Source of the DNA: Clostridia bacterium
GTDB taxonomy: Bacteria; Bacillota; Clostridia; Oscillospirales; Acutalibacteraceae
Assembly (NCBI GenBank): GCA_017415515.1
Contig: JAFQGI010000038.1
Span: 945 to 64,944 of the forward strand
Direction of reading: 5' to 3'
DNA: 64,000 nucleotides
The first letter of the stretch is position 1. Each line of letters opens with the position of its first letter. Under the pieces are notes generated by a model. It was given only the letters and a program-made list of their open reading frames with translations. It had not been told where the DNA came from and ran no database searches. Shown here in pieces: positions 26,102 through 35,302 of the stretch. The position numbers were made by a program, and so were the translations under genes.

Positions 26102-27979
26102 ATGAAAAAAGTGCTTTCTCTGCTCCTGTGTCTTCTGCTGCTGACCGCAATGCTGACCGCCTGCGGCGACGATGGCAAAAAAGCGGACAAAAAGGACAGC
26201 GGCAAGTCCACCGTAACCACTACCATTAAGAACGACGGCATCACGACTACCACCGTGACCGTCACCCCCGACAGCACTGACGCCGACTTCACCACCACTA
26301 CCGTGGAGGGGGAAACCAGCGGCACCTCCGCTTCCACCTCTACCTCTGCCACCCAGAGCACTCAGGGCACCAAGCCCACGCAAGGCACCGATAAGCCCGA
26401 CCCCAACGACGTGATGACCATCGCCAAAGCCCGCGCTGCCAAGGCCGGCTCCCTTGTCAAGGTTAGCGGCGTGGTGGCTCGCATCACCTACTCCTTCGGC
26501 ATGAAACCAGCCGGTCTGATGCTGATCGACGACACCGGCTCCATCTATGTTTACGATGCCAATATCGCCTCTCAGGTGAAGGTGGGCAACACCATCACGA
26601 TCAGCGGCACCAAGGCCTTCTGGGTTCTGGACACCGAGGCCTCCAACGCCGCCAAATTCGGCTACAAGGGTTGCAACCAGATTGACAGCGCCACCCTGCA
26701 CGCCAAGAGCGACAACACCTCCGCTTTCAGCACCAAAGGTATCCCCTCCGCCACCGTTAAGGAAATCATGGACACCCCCGTCACCGAGGACATCACCGCT
26801 AAGGTGTTCAAGGTCACCGCTCTGGTGAAGAAGGCTCCCGGCCAGGGCTTCACCAACTACTACATCAACGACCTGGACGGCACCACCGGCACCTACGTCT
26901 ACACTCAGTGCAACGGCTCCGATTTCTCTTGGCTGGACAAGTTTGACGGCAAGATCTGCACCGTCTATCTGACCCCCCTCAACGCCAAATCCTCCTCTGC
27001 TGGTTGCGTATGGCGTTTCCTGCCCATCGACGTAAAGGACGAAGGCTTCAAGCCCTCCTCCGTCAACATCGCCGAGCACGTGGTCAAGTACTACGGCATT
27101 CCCCAGTTCCTGACCTCCTACACCGGCGACCCCGCTATGGACCTGCTGTCCACCGTCAGCGGCGACCTGCTGCAATTTAAGGACGCCAAGCTGACCTATT
27201 CTTCCGGTGACACCAAGGTGGCCACCGTCAGCGACAACGTGCTGCACTGCCTGTCCACCGGCAAGGTGACCATCACCGTCACCGGCTCCTACGGCGGCAA
27301 GACCTATTCCGAGAAGATCACCCTCAATGTCACCGTGTCCAAGCCCACCGAGCAGTTCCCCACCGTGGCCGAGGCCATCGCCGCCAAGGTTGGCGACGCT
27401 GTCACCGTCAAGGGCATCGTGGGTCCCTCTCTGGTCAACAAAGTGGGCTTCTATCTGATTGACAAGAGCGGCGTCATCGCCGTGGAGACCACCAAGGCCG
27501 TGATGGAAACCATCGAGATCGGTCACGAGGTGGTCATCGAGGCTAAACGCGGCATCAACACCTCCGGCGGCAAAACCTTCGGTCAGACCTGCCTGAAAGA
27601 GGCCACCATCAAGGTAAACTACTTCGGCAAACACGCCTATCCCACCGACGCCTTCAAGGGTGAGATCACCGTAGCCGACTTCTATGCTCTCAATGTGAAT
27701 ACAGACTACACCACCCACGTCTACACCATGAAGGCCACCGTCAGCCTGCAGGAGACCGCCTACTATACCAACCTGAAACTGACCGACGGCACCAACACCA
27801 TCACCCTGTACAGCAGCTCTGCCAACCAGTACAGCTGGCTGAAGGCCTATGCCGGTCAGGAAATCACTGTGGAAATTGCTCCCTGCAACTGGAACAGCAA
27901 AAACTACTACGCCGGTTGCGTGCTGGCGGTCATCAACGCCGACGGCTCCAAGACCTACAACGAGCTGAATTTCCAATAA
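26102..27979 (+). CDS. Lipoprotein with a Thr-rich linker, duplicated OB-fold-like modules and a Big_2-like Ig domain
   Basis: Lipobox LLLTAMLTA-C. The ATG at 26102 follows GAAAGAGGG. Two internally homologous halves begin MTIAKARAAKAGSLVKVSGVVARI.. and FPTVAEAIAAKVGDAVTVKGIVGPS... Between them lies LTYSSGDTKVATVSDNVLHCLSTGKVTITVTG (Big_2-like). Confidence 0.8.
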   Translation: MKKVLSLLLCLLLLTAMLTACGDDGKKADKKDSGKSTVTTTIKNDGITTTTVTVTPDSTDADFTTTTVEGETSGTSASTSTSATQSTQGTKPTQGTDKPDPNDVMTIAKARAAKAGSLVKVSGVVARITYSFGMKPAGLMLIDDTGSIYVYDANIASQVKVGNTITISGTKAFWVLDTEASNAAKFGYKGCNQIDSATLHAKSDNTSAFSTKGIPSATVKEIMDTPVTEDITAKVFKVTALVKKAPGQGFTNYYINDLDGTTGTYVYTQCNGSDFSWLDKFDGKICTVYLTPLNAKSSSAGCVWRFLPIDVKDEGFKPSSVNIAEHVVKYYGIPQFLTSYTGDPAMDLLSTVSGDLLQFKDAKLTYSSGDTKVATVSDNVLHCLSTGKVTITVTGSYGGKTYSEKITLNVTVSKPTEQFPTVAEAIAAKVGDAVTVKGIVGPSLVNKVGFYLIDKSGVIAVETTKAVMETIEIGHEVVIEAKRGINTSGGKTFGQTCLKEATIKVNYFGKHAYPTDAFKGEITVADFYALNVNTDYTTHVYTMKATVSLQETAYYTNLKLTDGTNTITLYSSSANQYSWLKAYAGQEITVEIAPCNWNSKNYYAGCVLAVINADGSKTYNELNFQ

Positions 27980-27993
27980 TCCCCTCACCACTC

Positions 27994-28028
27994 AAAAGAG
28001 CCTGCGGCACATCGCCGCAGGCTCTTTT
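27994..28028 (+). terminator. Rho-independent terminator
   Basis: AAAAGAGCCTGCGGC-acatc-GCCGCAGGCTCTTTT. Confidence 0.7.
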
Positions 28029-28030
28029 GC

Positions 28031-28335
28031 GTTGCCGGCACTGCCGTCCTCAAGCCTCCCTCCCCGAGGGAGGTGGCATTTGCGGAGCAAATGACGGAGG
28101 GAGTTTTCTTCGCACCAACCTTGTGTTTTTTCGGGCGGTCGAGGGTCTCGCTGCGGCTCGGTCCACTCGCGGTTCTGACAGTCCACTGGACTGTCATTCA
28201 TTGCCGCTCGTGCCGCTTCGCTACGCCCGCCCCTACAACACCGCACCAACCTTGGATAGACACCGTAGGGGACGGCGCCCACGACGTCCCGCATCGCCGC
28301 TGGCGATGATAAACGGACGACCACCGCCCGCTTTC
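28031..28335. repeat. Modular GC-rich multi-hairpin intergenic repeat block (copy D, about 300 bp)
   Basis: CCTCCCTC-ccc-GAGGGAGG, CATTTGC-gga-GCAAATG, GACAGTCC-act-GGACTGTC. TTCGCACCAACC is the reverse complement of the GGTTGGTGCGAA module of the 54.6-kb array. GTAGGGGACGGCGCCCACGACGTCCC is related to GTAGGGGGCGACGTCCGCGACGCCCC. Confidence 0.55.
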
Positions 28336-28457
28336 TCTCCCCTCATTTTCACTTTTTTCGCCCAAATACTGGACAATGTTATAAAAAGCGTGTAAAATAG
28401 AAATGTCATGACTATGGGAAAGCCGGTCTTTCCCACATCGAGAAAGGGGGAAACACG

Positions 28458-29789
28458 ATGGAAAAATGGGATCTGCTGGACGCCGACGGCAACCTCACAG
28501 GGCGCACGATCGTGCGCGGTGAGCCTCTGCTGCCCGGTATGTATCATCTGGTGGAGCACATCTGGATCGTGGACTCCAAGGGTCGCCTGCTGATTCAGCA
28601 GCGCAACCCCGATTTAAAGCTGATGCCCGGCGTGTGGGCGGCCAACAGCGGCAGCGCCCAAGCCGGAGAGGACAGCGAAGACGCCGCCAGACGAGAACTG
28701 TTTGAGGAGCTGAGCATCCGCACCACCCCCGGTGAATTGGTATACGGCGGTCGTATGCGCCGCCGCAACTCCTTCACGGATTTTTGGATTCTTTACCGCG
28801 ACATCGACGCTTCCTCCCTGCGCTTACAGCAGGAGGAGGTGGCGCAGGTCAAATGGGTCACCACGGAGGAGCTGATCGCCATGCTGGGCGACCGTTCTTT
28901 CCACCACTACGGCACCGCCTATTTTCAGTTTGTGTTCCGCGCCATTGAGCGGGGACGCCGCACCCTCTACGTCACCGACCTGGACGGCACCTTACTGCAA
29001 AACGACCAGACCCTTTCCGACCACACGGTGGAAACGGTCAACCGCCTCATCAACCGCGGCATGATGATCTCCGCCGCCACCGCTCGGGGCACCATCGGGG
29101 TGCAATGCGTCCAACTGGGCCGCATTCGTTTCCAAACCCCCATCATTATGCTGGGTGGCGTGCTGCTCTACGACCTCTATCGCCGCCGCATCCTCCACAG
29201 CTGTAACCTCTCTGCCGCCACCGTGGACGCGGTGTTGCAGGTGTTTTCCTCTATGGGACGGCACCCCCAGCTCTATCGTCGCCGCGGCAACGAGGTGCAT
29301 ATTTATTACACCCACCTCACCCCCGAAGAGGAGAGGTTCATTCACCGCACCGACCCCAACGGTCGTACCTTTGACCATTTCTATCATCGCGTATCGTATT
29401 TGCGCAGCACCCCCGCCATCTTCTTCAGTTGTCAGGGCCCTCACGCCGTTCAGTCCGAATTGGCGGCTCGTTTAGAGCACATCCCCGGCATCCGCGTGGT
29501 GCTGTACGCCGACACCTACGCCGAGGACAACTGGTTCTTAGAGATCTGCCGCGACGATGCGGACAAGGGCAGTGCCGTGCGCCGTCTGTGTCAGCGTGTG
29601 GGCGCCGACCGTCTGGTGGTGTTCGGTGACAACCGCAACGACATCCCCCTCTTCCGCGAGGCGGATCTGGCTCTGTGCGTCGCCAACGGCTCCGCCGAGG
29701 CCAAGGCGGCGGCGGACCGCATCATCGACGCCAACACCGACGAGGGCGTCCCCAATTTCCTCTACGCCATTTATAACAGAAAGGTGTGA
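28458..29789 (+). CDS. Fusion protein: N-terminal NUDIX hydrolase plus C-terminal HAD-superfamily Cof-type phosphatase
   Basis: Nudix box GEDSEDAARRELFEELSI. HAD motif I VTDLDGTLL and motif III/IV VVFGDNRNDIPLF. Confidence 0.85.
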   Translation: MEKWDLLDADGNLTGRTIVRGEPLLPGMYHLVEHIWIVDSKGRLLIQQRNPDLKLMPGVWAANSGSAQAGEDSEDAARRELFEELSIRTTPGELVYGGRMRRRNSFTDFWILYRDIDASSLRLQQEEVAQVKWVTTEELIAMLGDRSFHHYGTAYFQFVFRAIERGRRTLYVTDLDGTLLQNDQTLSDHTVETVNRLINRGMMISAATARGTIGVQCVQLGRIRFQTPIIMLGGVLLYDLYRRRILHSCNLSAATVDAVLQVFSSMGRHPQLYRRRGNEVHIYYTHLTPEEERFIHRTDPNGRTFDHFYHRVSYLRSTPAIFFSCQGPHAVQSELAARLEHIPGIRVVLYADTYAEDNWFLEICRDDADKGSAVRRLCQRVGADRLVVFGDNRNDIPLFREADLALCVANGSAEAKAAADRIIDANTDEGVPNFLYAIYNRKV

Positions 29790-29794
29790 CCTGT

Positions 29795-30964
29795 ATGCTC
29801 AGCGACGCCTTGTGTCGCCGCTTTGTTCCCAATAACGACCGCACCGACGATCCCAAGGTGCGTCTGGCTTACGGCCGCTTGGCGGGGATTGTCGGCATTG
29901 TCTGCAACCTGCTTTTGTGCGGCTTAAAGCTGCTGGCGGGTGTTCTTGCGGGCAGTCTGGCGATGGTGGCCGACGCCTTCAACAACCTGTCGGACGCCGG
30001 CTCCTCGGTGGTCACCCTCATCGGATTTAAGATGGCCGGCGCCCCCGCCGACGACGACCATCCCTTCGGTCACGGACGGATGGAATACCTTTCGGCGATG
30101 GGCGTGGCGGTGCTGATCATCATCGCCGGCTTCGAGCTGGCCACCGAAGCGGTCAACAAAATGCTTCATCCCGGCACCGCCTCCACCTTCAATCTGATTG
30201 CCACCCTCATTTTGGCCGTTTCCATCGCCGCCAAGCTGTGGATGGCGGTGTTCAACCGCCGCATCGGCAAAAAGATTCGCTCCGACGCCCTCTGTGCCGC
30301 CGCATTGGACAGCCGCAACGACGTCATCTGCACCGGCGTGGTGCTGGTGTCCTCCCTGCTGAATCTGATGCTGGATTTCTCCATCGACGGCTATGTGGGT
30401 ATGGCGGTGGCGCTGTTCGTCATCTGGTCGGGCTTCACGGTGATCAAAGATACCGTTTCTCCCCTGCTGGGCCAAGCCCCCGACCCCGCATTGGTGCAGG
30501 GCATCCAGCAGACCGTCCTCTCCTACGAGGGGGTCGTGGGCATCCACGACCTCATCGTCCACGATTACGGTCCCGGCCGCATCTTCGTGTCTCTCCACGC
30601 GGAGGTTCCCGAGGATCAGCCCATCAGCAAAAGCCACGACGTCATCGACAACATCGAAATGGAATTGCAGGAGAAGTTTAACATCCTCGCCTGCATCCAC
30701 ATGGACCCCGTGGACACCGACAATCCCGAAACCCTGCGGCTCAAAGCGGTGGTCATCCGCCTGATGAACGAGGTGGACGAGAGCCTGACCCTCCACGATT
30801 TTCGTGTGGTGTCCGGCGACACCCACACCAATCTGCTGTTCGATCTGGTGATCCCTCACAGCTGTCAAAACGGGCAGGAGTTGGCTTCCCGCCTGCGAGA
30901 GGCTGTTCACACCTATGACCCCAAGCTGTTTGCCGTCATCAAGGTGGAATGTAGTTATACATAA
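29795..30964 (+). CDS. Cation diffusion facilitator (CDF) family metal efflux transporter
   Basis: LAMVADAFNNLSDAGSSVVTLIG in TM2 and a C-terminal cytoplasmic domain HDLIVHDYGPGRIFVSLHAEV. The ATG at 29795 lies 10 nt after AGAAAGG. An alternative GTG at 29786 overlaps the upstream stop. Confidence 0.85.
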   Translation: MLSDALCRRFVPNNDRTDDPKVRLAYGRLAGIVGIVCNLLLCGLKLLAGVLAGSLAMVADAFNNLSDAGSSVVTLIGFKMAGAPADDDHPFGHGRMEYLSAMGVAVLIIIAGFELATEAVNKMLHPGTASTFNLIATLILAVSIAAKLWMAVFNRRIGKKIRSDALCAAALDSRNDVICTGVVLVSSLLNLMLDFSIDGYVGMAVALFVIWSGFTVIKDTVSPLLGQAPDPALVQGIQQTVLSYEGVVGIHDLIVHDYGPGRIFVSLHAEVPEDQPISKSHDVIDNIEMELQEKFNILACIHMDPVDTDNPETLRLKAVVIRLMNEVDESLTLHDFRVVSGDTHTNLLFDLVIPHSCQNGQELASRLREAVHTYDPKLFAVIKVECSYT

Positions 30965-30967
30965 AAC

Positions 30968-31001
30968 AAACTGCCGACCCCATCGTGGGGTCGGCAGTTT
31001 T
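30968..31001. terminator. Bidirectional terminator between convergent genes
   Basis: AAACTGCCGACCCC-atcg-TGGGGTCGGCAGTTTT. Confidence 0.7.
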
Positions 31002-31011
31002 CCGTTTCTTC

Positions 31012-31833
31012 TTATTTCAGCAAGGCTTCCACCGCATCCGCAGCAGGAGCCAACTCGTCGCACACCACCCGCTCGATCTCACCGGCATCGCACAAAGCGG
31101 CGATGTTGGCATCCATGGGCAGCTTTGCCAGCACCGGCAGGTCCATCTCAGCGGCGGCGGCTTCCAAACCCTGTCCGTCACCGAACAGAGGGATCAGCTT
31201 GCCGCAATCGGGGCATTTCACGCTGCTCATATTCTCCACAAAACCCAGCACGGGGATATTCAGCATATCCGCCATCTTGTGGGCCTTGCCCACCACCATC
31301 TGCACCAGGGACTGAGGGGTGGTGACGATGACGTTGCCATCCAACGGGATGCTCTGATAGACGGTCAGGGGCACGTCACCGGTTCCGGGGGGCATATCGA
31401 TGAACAGCACGTCCAGGTCGCCCCACACCACGTCGGTCCAGAACTGACCCACGGCGCCTGCCACCACGGGACCTCGCCACACCACCGGCTGGCTGGCATC
31501 TTCCAACAGCAGGTTGATGGACATCACCTTGATATTCATGTGGGTCTCCTCGGGAAGGATGCCCAGCTCGTTCGCCATAGCGTGACGGGTGATGCCGAAG
31601 GCCTTGGGGATGGAGGGACCGGTGATGTCCGCATCCAGCACGCCCACCTTATAGCCACGGCGAGCCATCAGCACCGCCAGCATGGCGGTGACGGAGGATT
31701 TGCCTACGCCGCCCTTACCGCTGGAAACGGCCACCACCTTTTTGATGGTGCTGTACTGGTTGAGGGGCTTGTGCAGATCCTGCTCGCTGCATTTCTGACT
31801 GCAGGAACTGCAATCGTGATTACATTCTGCCAT
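31012..31833 (-). CDS. Mrp/NBP35 (ApbC) family ATP-binding Fe-S cluster carrier protein
   Basis: Deviant Walker A SSGKGGVGKSSV. ...VENMS...CPDCG. Cys-rich N-terminus CNHDCSSCSQKC. Confidence 0.9.
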   Translation of the reverse strand: MAECNHDCSSCSQKCSEQDLHKPLNQYSTIKKVVAVSSGKGGVGKSSVTAMLAVLMARRGYKVGVLDADITGPSIPKAFGITRHAMANELGILPEETHMNIKVMSINLLLEDASQPVVWRGPVVAGAVGQFWTDVVWGDLDVLFIDMPPGTGDVPLTVYQSIPLDGNVIVTTPQSLVQMVVGKAHKMADMLNIPVLGFVENMSSVKCPDCGKLIPLFGDGQGLEAAAAEMDLPVLAKLPMDANIAALCDAGEIERVVCDELAPAADAVEALLK

Positions 31834-31861
31834 AATACATTCAACTCCTTATGGAAATAGT

Positions 31862-32413
31862 TTACATTTTGGTTTCGTCATACACGGCGCGACAGCCGCC
31901 GATGAACTTGGGGCGGGTGCGGGCACAGAGAATGGGCGCTGCGCCGATCTGCTTGACGCTCAGGCGAACAGGCACCGCCACCTCCTTGAGGTGCATGCCG
32001 ATGAGGGTGCCGCCGATGTCTATCCCTGCGTGGGCACGGATGTGCTCCACCGCCACGGGGTTCTCTAAGCGCGCCCACACGGCGGTGGCAAAGGAGCCGC
32101 CCGCCTTGGGCTGGGGCACCACGTTCACCGCTTCATAGCCGTATTGTTCCGCCACGGCAGCCTCCAAAATCAGCGCACGGTTGAGATGCTCACAACACTG
32201 CACCGCCACCGCGATGCCACGCTCATTCAGTAGGGGCAACACCGCATCCGCCAAAGCATTGGCGGCGTCTACGCTGCTGTGGGTGCCGATCTTCTCCCCC
32301 ACCATCTCGCTGGAGGAACAGCCGATCACCAAAATATCGCCTGCCTGCAATTTTGCCGCGTCCAACAATTCATTAACCGCCGCTATGGCGTCGTTTTTGA
32401 TTCTCTCTAACAT
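31862..32413 (-). CDS. TIGR01440/DUF436 family protein
   Basis: GDILVIGCSSSEMVGEKIGTHSSVDAANALADAVLPLLNERGIAVAVQCCEHLNRAL matches this conserved Firmicute family. Confidence 0.75.
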   Translation of the reverse strand: MLERIKNDAIAAVNELLDAAKLQAGDILVIGCSSSEMVGEKIGTHSSVDAANALADAVLPLLNERGIAVAVQCCEHLNRALILEAAVAEQYGYEAVNVVPQPKAGGSFATAVWARLENPVAVEHIRAHAGIDIGGTLIGMHLKEVAVPVRLSVKQIGAAPILCARTRPKFIGGCRAVYDETKM

Positions 32414-32417
32414 CGTA

Positions 32418-33098
32418 TCACACCTCTCTCATACCGATGGCTTCTTCTACCGCCTCCATCAGGAGAGCGTATACGGGAGCCAGCGCTTGAAAACCCGCCA
32501 ACAGGCGGTGCGGCAGATCGCTGTCTGCCACAAAATTGCCCTGCTCGGTGCGGTTAAAGTCCACACTTTTGCAATCGTAGATAAAGCGGAGCAGTTCGGG
32601 GGTTTCCTCCGTACTCCGCGGCTTGGCATAAGGGCGACCACAGGGAATGAATCCGGCATCCACCGCCGCTTTCACCGCCGCCAACGCACGGGGAACATCC
32701 GCCTCCACACGGCGGCGAAGCGCCCGCATAATCGCAGGCGTTGCGGAGTAAAAGCCCAAGCCCCACTCGGCTCTGGCCACCGAAAAATCCAGATAGAACG
32801 CGGGCAGGCACCAATCGTAGGCCCGCTTGTCCCGCATAAAAACGATCCACATATTCTCGCGGTACATCGACTTGTCGTGGGTGAAGCGGTTATCCCTCCG
32901 CACACGGCTCACCGAGCCACCCATCAACGGGTCAATGGCCAGCATAGCAGGGGTCATCTCCGCCACCAACTGTTTGAGCGGATGCACTACGGTTTTGTTG
33001 ATTTCCTTTTTATGCTCCTCATAAAACGCCTTGCTGTCCTGAAAGCGGTTTTCCGCCAGCAGGAACAGGCTCTCGGCAGGAATACCGGGAAAGTTCAT
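32418..33098 (-). CDS. DUF2461 (TIGR02453) family protein
   Basis: FLLAENRFQDSKAFYEEHKKEINKTVVHPLKQLV...VSRVRRDNRFTHDKSMYRENMW is typical of DUF2461. Confidence 0.75.
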   Translation of the reverse strand: MNFPGIPAESLFLLAENRFQDSKAFYEEHKKEINKTVVHPLKQLVAEMTPAMLAIDPLMGGSVSRVRRDNRFTHDKSMYRENMWIVFMRDKRAYDWCLPAFYLDFSVARAEWGLGFYSATPAIMRALRRRVEADVPRALAAVKAAVDAGFIPCGRPYAKPRSTEETPELLRFIYDCKSVDFNRTEQGNFVADSDLPHRLLAGFQALAPVYALLMEAVEEAIGMREV

Positions 33099-33102
33099 GG
33101 GA

Positions 33103-34029
33103 TTACGCTCCTTTCTTGCGCGGTGCGGGCAGCTGCGCCAGTATCACCGCGGCGAACATCAGACCGCACCCCAGCAGCTCCGCCGTGGACAAATCCTCCT
33201 GCAGGATCACCCAACCGGCCAACACCGCAAACACCGACTCAAAGCTCATCAGCAGCGAGGCGGTGGTGGGATGGGTATCCCTTTGTGCCACGATCTGCAG
33301 GGTATAGGCCACACCGCTGGACAGCACACCGGCATAGAGGATGGGGAGCCAGTTGACCGCCAAAGCCGACAAAGACGGTTGCTCAAATACAAACAGCAGC
33401 GGCATATTCAGTATGCCCACGGTAAAAAACTGAATACACGACAGGCACACACCGTCTGCCTTGGTGACAAAATGATCCACCAGCAGAATCTGCACCGAGA
33501 ACATGAGGGCACAGCCCAGCAACAGCCAATCGCCGATGTGAACTCCCCGTTCCCCCTGCACACACAAGAGGTACAGACCGCACACCGCCAGCATCACCCC
33601 CAGCCAGTTAAACAGGGTGGTACGCTTGCGCAAAAAGATACCCAAAACGGGAACCAACACGATGTACAGGGCGGTGATAAAGCCGCTCTTTCCCACCGTG
33701 GTATAGGAAATGCCGATCTGTTGCAGATTGGTGGCAAGGAACAGCGCACAACCGCACAGCACGCCACCCACCAGCGTGGTTTTCCACTCCCCTCTGTCAG
33801 CAGGCAGCTTCACAAAACCAAACTTGCTCAAAACAGGGATGGCGACCAACAACACCGTGCCGCCGATGACGGAACGCACGCCGTTAAAGGTGAGATCCCC
33901 CACCTCGGCGCCGCCCTCCTTTTGTGCCACAAAGGCCACGCCCCAAATAAAAGCGGTCAAAAGCAGCAACAGATTGCCACGCAAAGAAGCATTGCCCCGC
34001 TTGATGGGGGGCGGCAAGCGCTTATCCAC
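33103..34029 (-). CDS. EamA/DMT-superfamily transporter
   Basis: Ten hydrophobic segments forming a duplicated EamA pattern. Start set to the GTG at 34029, 7 nt after GAGAGGAGTG. The track ORF extends to an ATG at 34155 through non-membrane, promoter-like sequence. Confidence 0.75.
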   Translation of the reverse strand: MDKRLPPPIKRGNASLRGNLLLLLTAFIWGVAFVAQKEGGAEVGDLTFNGVRSVIGGTVLLVAIPVLSKFGFVKLPADRGEWKTTLVGGVLCGCALFLATNLQQIGISYTTVGKSGFITALYIVLVPVLGIFLRKRTTLFNWLGVMLAVCGLYLLCVQGERGVHIGDWLLLGCALMFSVQILLVDHFVTKADGVCLSCIQFFTVGILNMPLLFVFEQPSLSALAVNWLPILYAGVLSSGVAYTLQIVAQRDTHPTTASLLMSFESVFAVLAGWVILQEDLSTAELLGCGLMFAAVILAQLPAPRKKGA

Positions 34030-34120
34030 TGGGCAACACTCCTCTCGTAATATCCTGTCTATTATAATCCGCGCAAACGAAAAAAGCAAGTGCGTCCCGA
34101 TACCCTGTAACAAATTTCTC

Positions 34121-34169
34121 TTGCATTTTCCGAAAAAGTAGGGTATACTCGGCATTGTAAGCGGTTACA
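34121..34169 (+). promoter_or_regulatory. lacI-family gene promoter (TTGCAT-17 nt-TATACT) followed by the LacI-type operator TGTAAGCGGTTACA (34156-34169)
   Basis: -35 at 34121-34126 and -10 at 34144-34149. The 14-bp near-palindrome fits the TGTAAnCGnTTACA pattern of LacI/GalR operators. Confidence 0.5.
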
Positions 34170-34185
34170 GAAAGGAGAACGCGGT

Positions 34186-35172
34186 ATGAATATCTACGAC
34201 ATCGCCGAAAAATGCGGCGTATCCATCGCCACCGTGTCCCGTGTGCTCAACAACAATCCAAACGTCAGCGCCGCCACCCGCGAGCGGATTCTGGCTGTCA
34301 TAAACGAGGCAAACTACACCCCCAGTGCCATCGCCCGCAATTTGGGCAACGGCTCCGCCGTGTCTGTGGGTGGCTCCGCCACCCCCCTCCCCGCCGTGGG
34401 GGTGCTGTGCACCGACCTGACCGACCCCCGCAACGCCGCCGTGGTGGCCGCCGTGGAGACGCATCTGCGAAACAAGGGCAAATCCGTCTTGCTCAGCGGC
34501 GACCCCTGTGAGGAAAAAGCGTTGTCTGCTTTGGCAGGCCACGTCGAGGCCATCGTGTACATCGACCCACCCGCTCGCCCCAAAGCGGACGACCCCGTCA
34601 TCGCCGTTGCGACCGCCACCCCTCTGTTGTTGGTGGAGGGCTATGTCAACGCGCCGGGCGTGTCCTGTGTGCGTGCCGACGTTCGCGGCGCGGTGATCGA
34701 ACTGATCCAGCAGATCCTCCGCCGTCAGCGCCGCCGCATTCTGATGCTGGTGGGCGGAAAAACTTGTGCCTGCTCCGAGATGGTGGGCGGCTATGAGGAC
34801 GCCTACGCCGCCGCCGGGCTGACGGTGGACCCCGAATTGGTCATCGCGGTGGAAAACACCCCCGAGCAGGTCAACACCTGCCTCAAACGGTTGCTGATCA
34901 ACCGCGTCACCTTCGACGCGGTGTTGTGCACCGACTCGGTGCTGGCCCTCAGCGCCCAAAAGGCGTTGCAACGCACCGGTCTGAATCTGCCCATCATCGG
35001 TTTGACCGATTCTCTGGCCGCCCGTTGCTCCTCCCCCGCCCTCACCTGTGCGGATTGCGACATCGACGCGCTGTGCCGCGCCGTCTGCCAGCGGTTGGAT
35101 ACCCTTTCCCAAGCCGAAGACACCCTTATCCCCACCCATCTGAATGAACGGGACACCTTCCGCCATGCGTAA
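34186..35172 (+). CDS. LacI/GalR-family transcriptional regulator
   Basis: N-terminal HTH MNIYDIAEKCGVSIATVSRVLNNNPNVSAATRERILAVINEANYTPSAIARNL followed by a periplasmic-binding-like sugar domain. Confidence 0.9.
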   Translation: MNIYDIAEKCGVSIATVSRVLNNNPNVSAATRERILAVINEANYTPSAIARNLGNGSAVSVGGSATPLPAVGVLCTDLTDPRNAAVVAAVETHLRNKGKSVLLSGDPCEEKALSALAGHVEAIVYIDPPARPKADDPVIAVATATPLLLVEGYVNAPGVSCVRADVRGAVIELIQQILRRQRRRILMLVGGKTCACSEMVGGYEDAYAAAGLTVDPELVIAVENTPEQVNTCLKRLLINRVTFDAVLCTDSVLALSAQKALQRTGLNLPIIGLTDSLAARCSSPALTCADCDIDALCRAVCQRLDTLSQAEDTLIPTHLNERDTFRHA

Positions 35173-35176
35173 ACCC

Positions 35177-35206
35177 AAAAGCCGACCCGAACGGGTCGGC
35201 TTTTTT
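35177..35206 (+). terminator. Rho-independent terminator
   Basis: AAAAGCCGACCCG-aac-GGGTCGGCTTTTTT. Confidence 0.7.
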
Positions 35207-35235
35207 GAATATTTTATAAACATTTTTTCTCCGTC

Positions 35236-35264
35236 TTGACTTGAAAAATCTGCTATATTATAAT
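35236..35264 (+). promoter_or_regulatory. Consensus-like sigma-A promoter (TTGACT-17 nt-TATAAT) for the ABC exporter pair
   Basis: Read directly from the sequence. Confidence 0.5.
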
Positions 35265-35302
35265 AATAGGGTTAGTAATAAACGCGTAAAAAAGAAAGAA
35301 GA

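Noticed and set aside
27916-28395. Track ORFs lying in repeat regions: 27916..28395, 8111..8434, 54683..55042, 54696..56045 and 6683..7696.
   Set aside because: They read through the hairpin-array repeats or antisense sequence. Their peptides are Arg/Pro/Gly-rich with no RBS, and the same DNA occurs in both orientations at other loci.
33103-34155. The full-length 350-aa version of the EamA transporter ORF.
   Set aside because: The first 42 codons cover the divergent promoter region and encode a non-membrane, Cys/Arg-rich peptide. A GTG with a good RBS at 34029 precedes the first TM helix.
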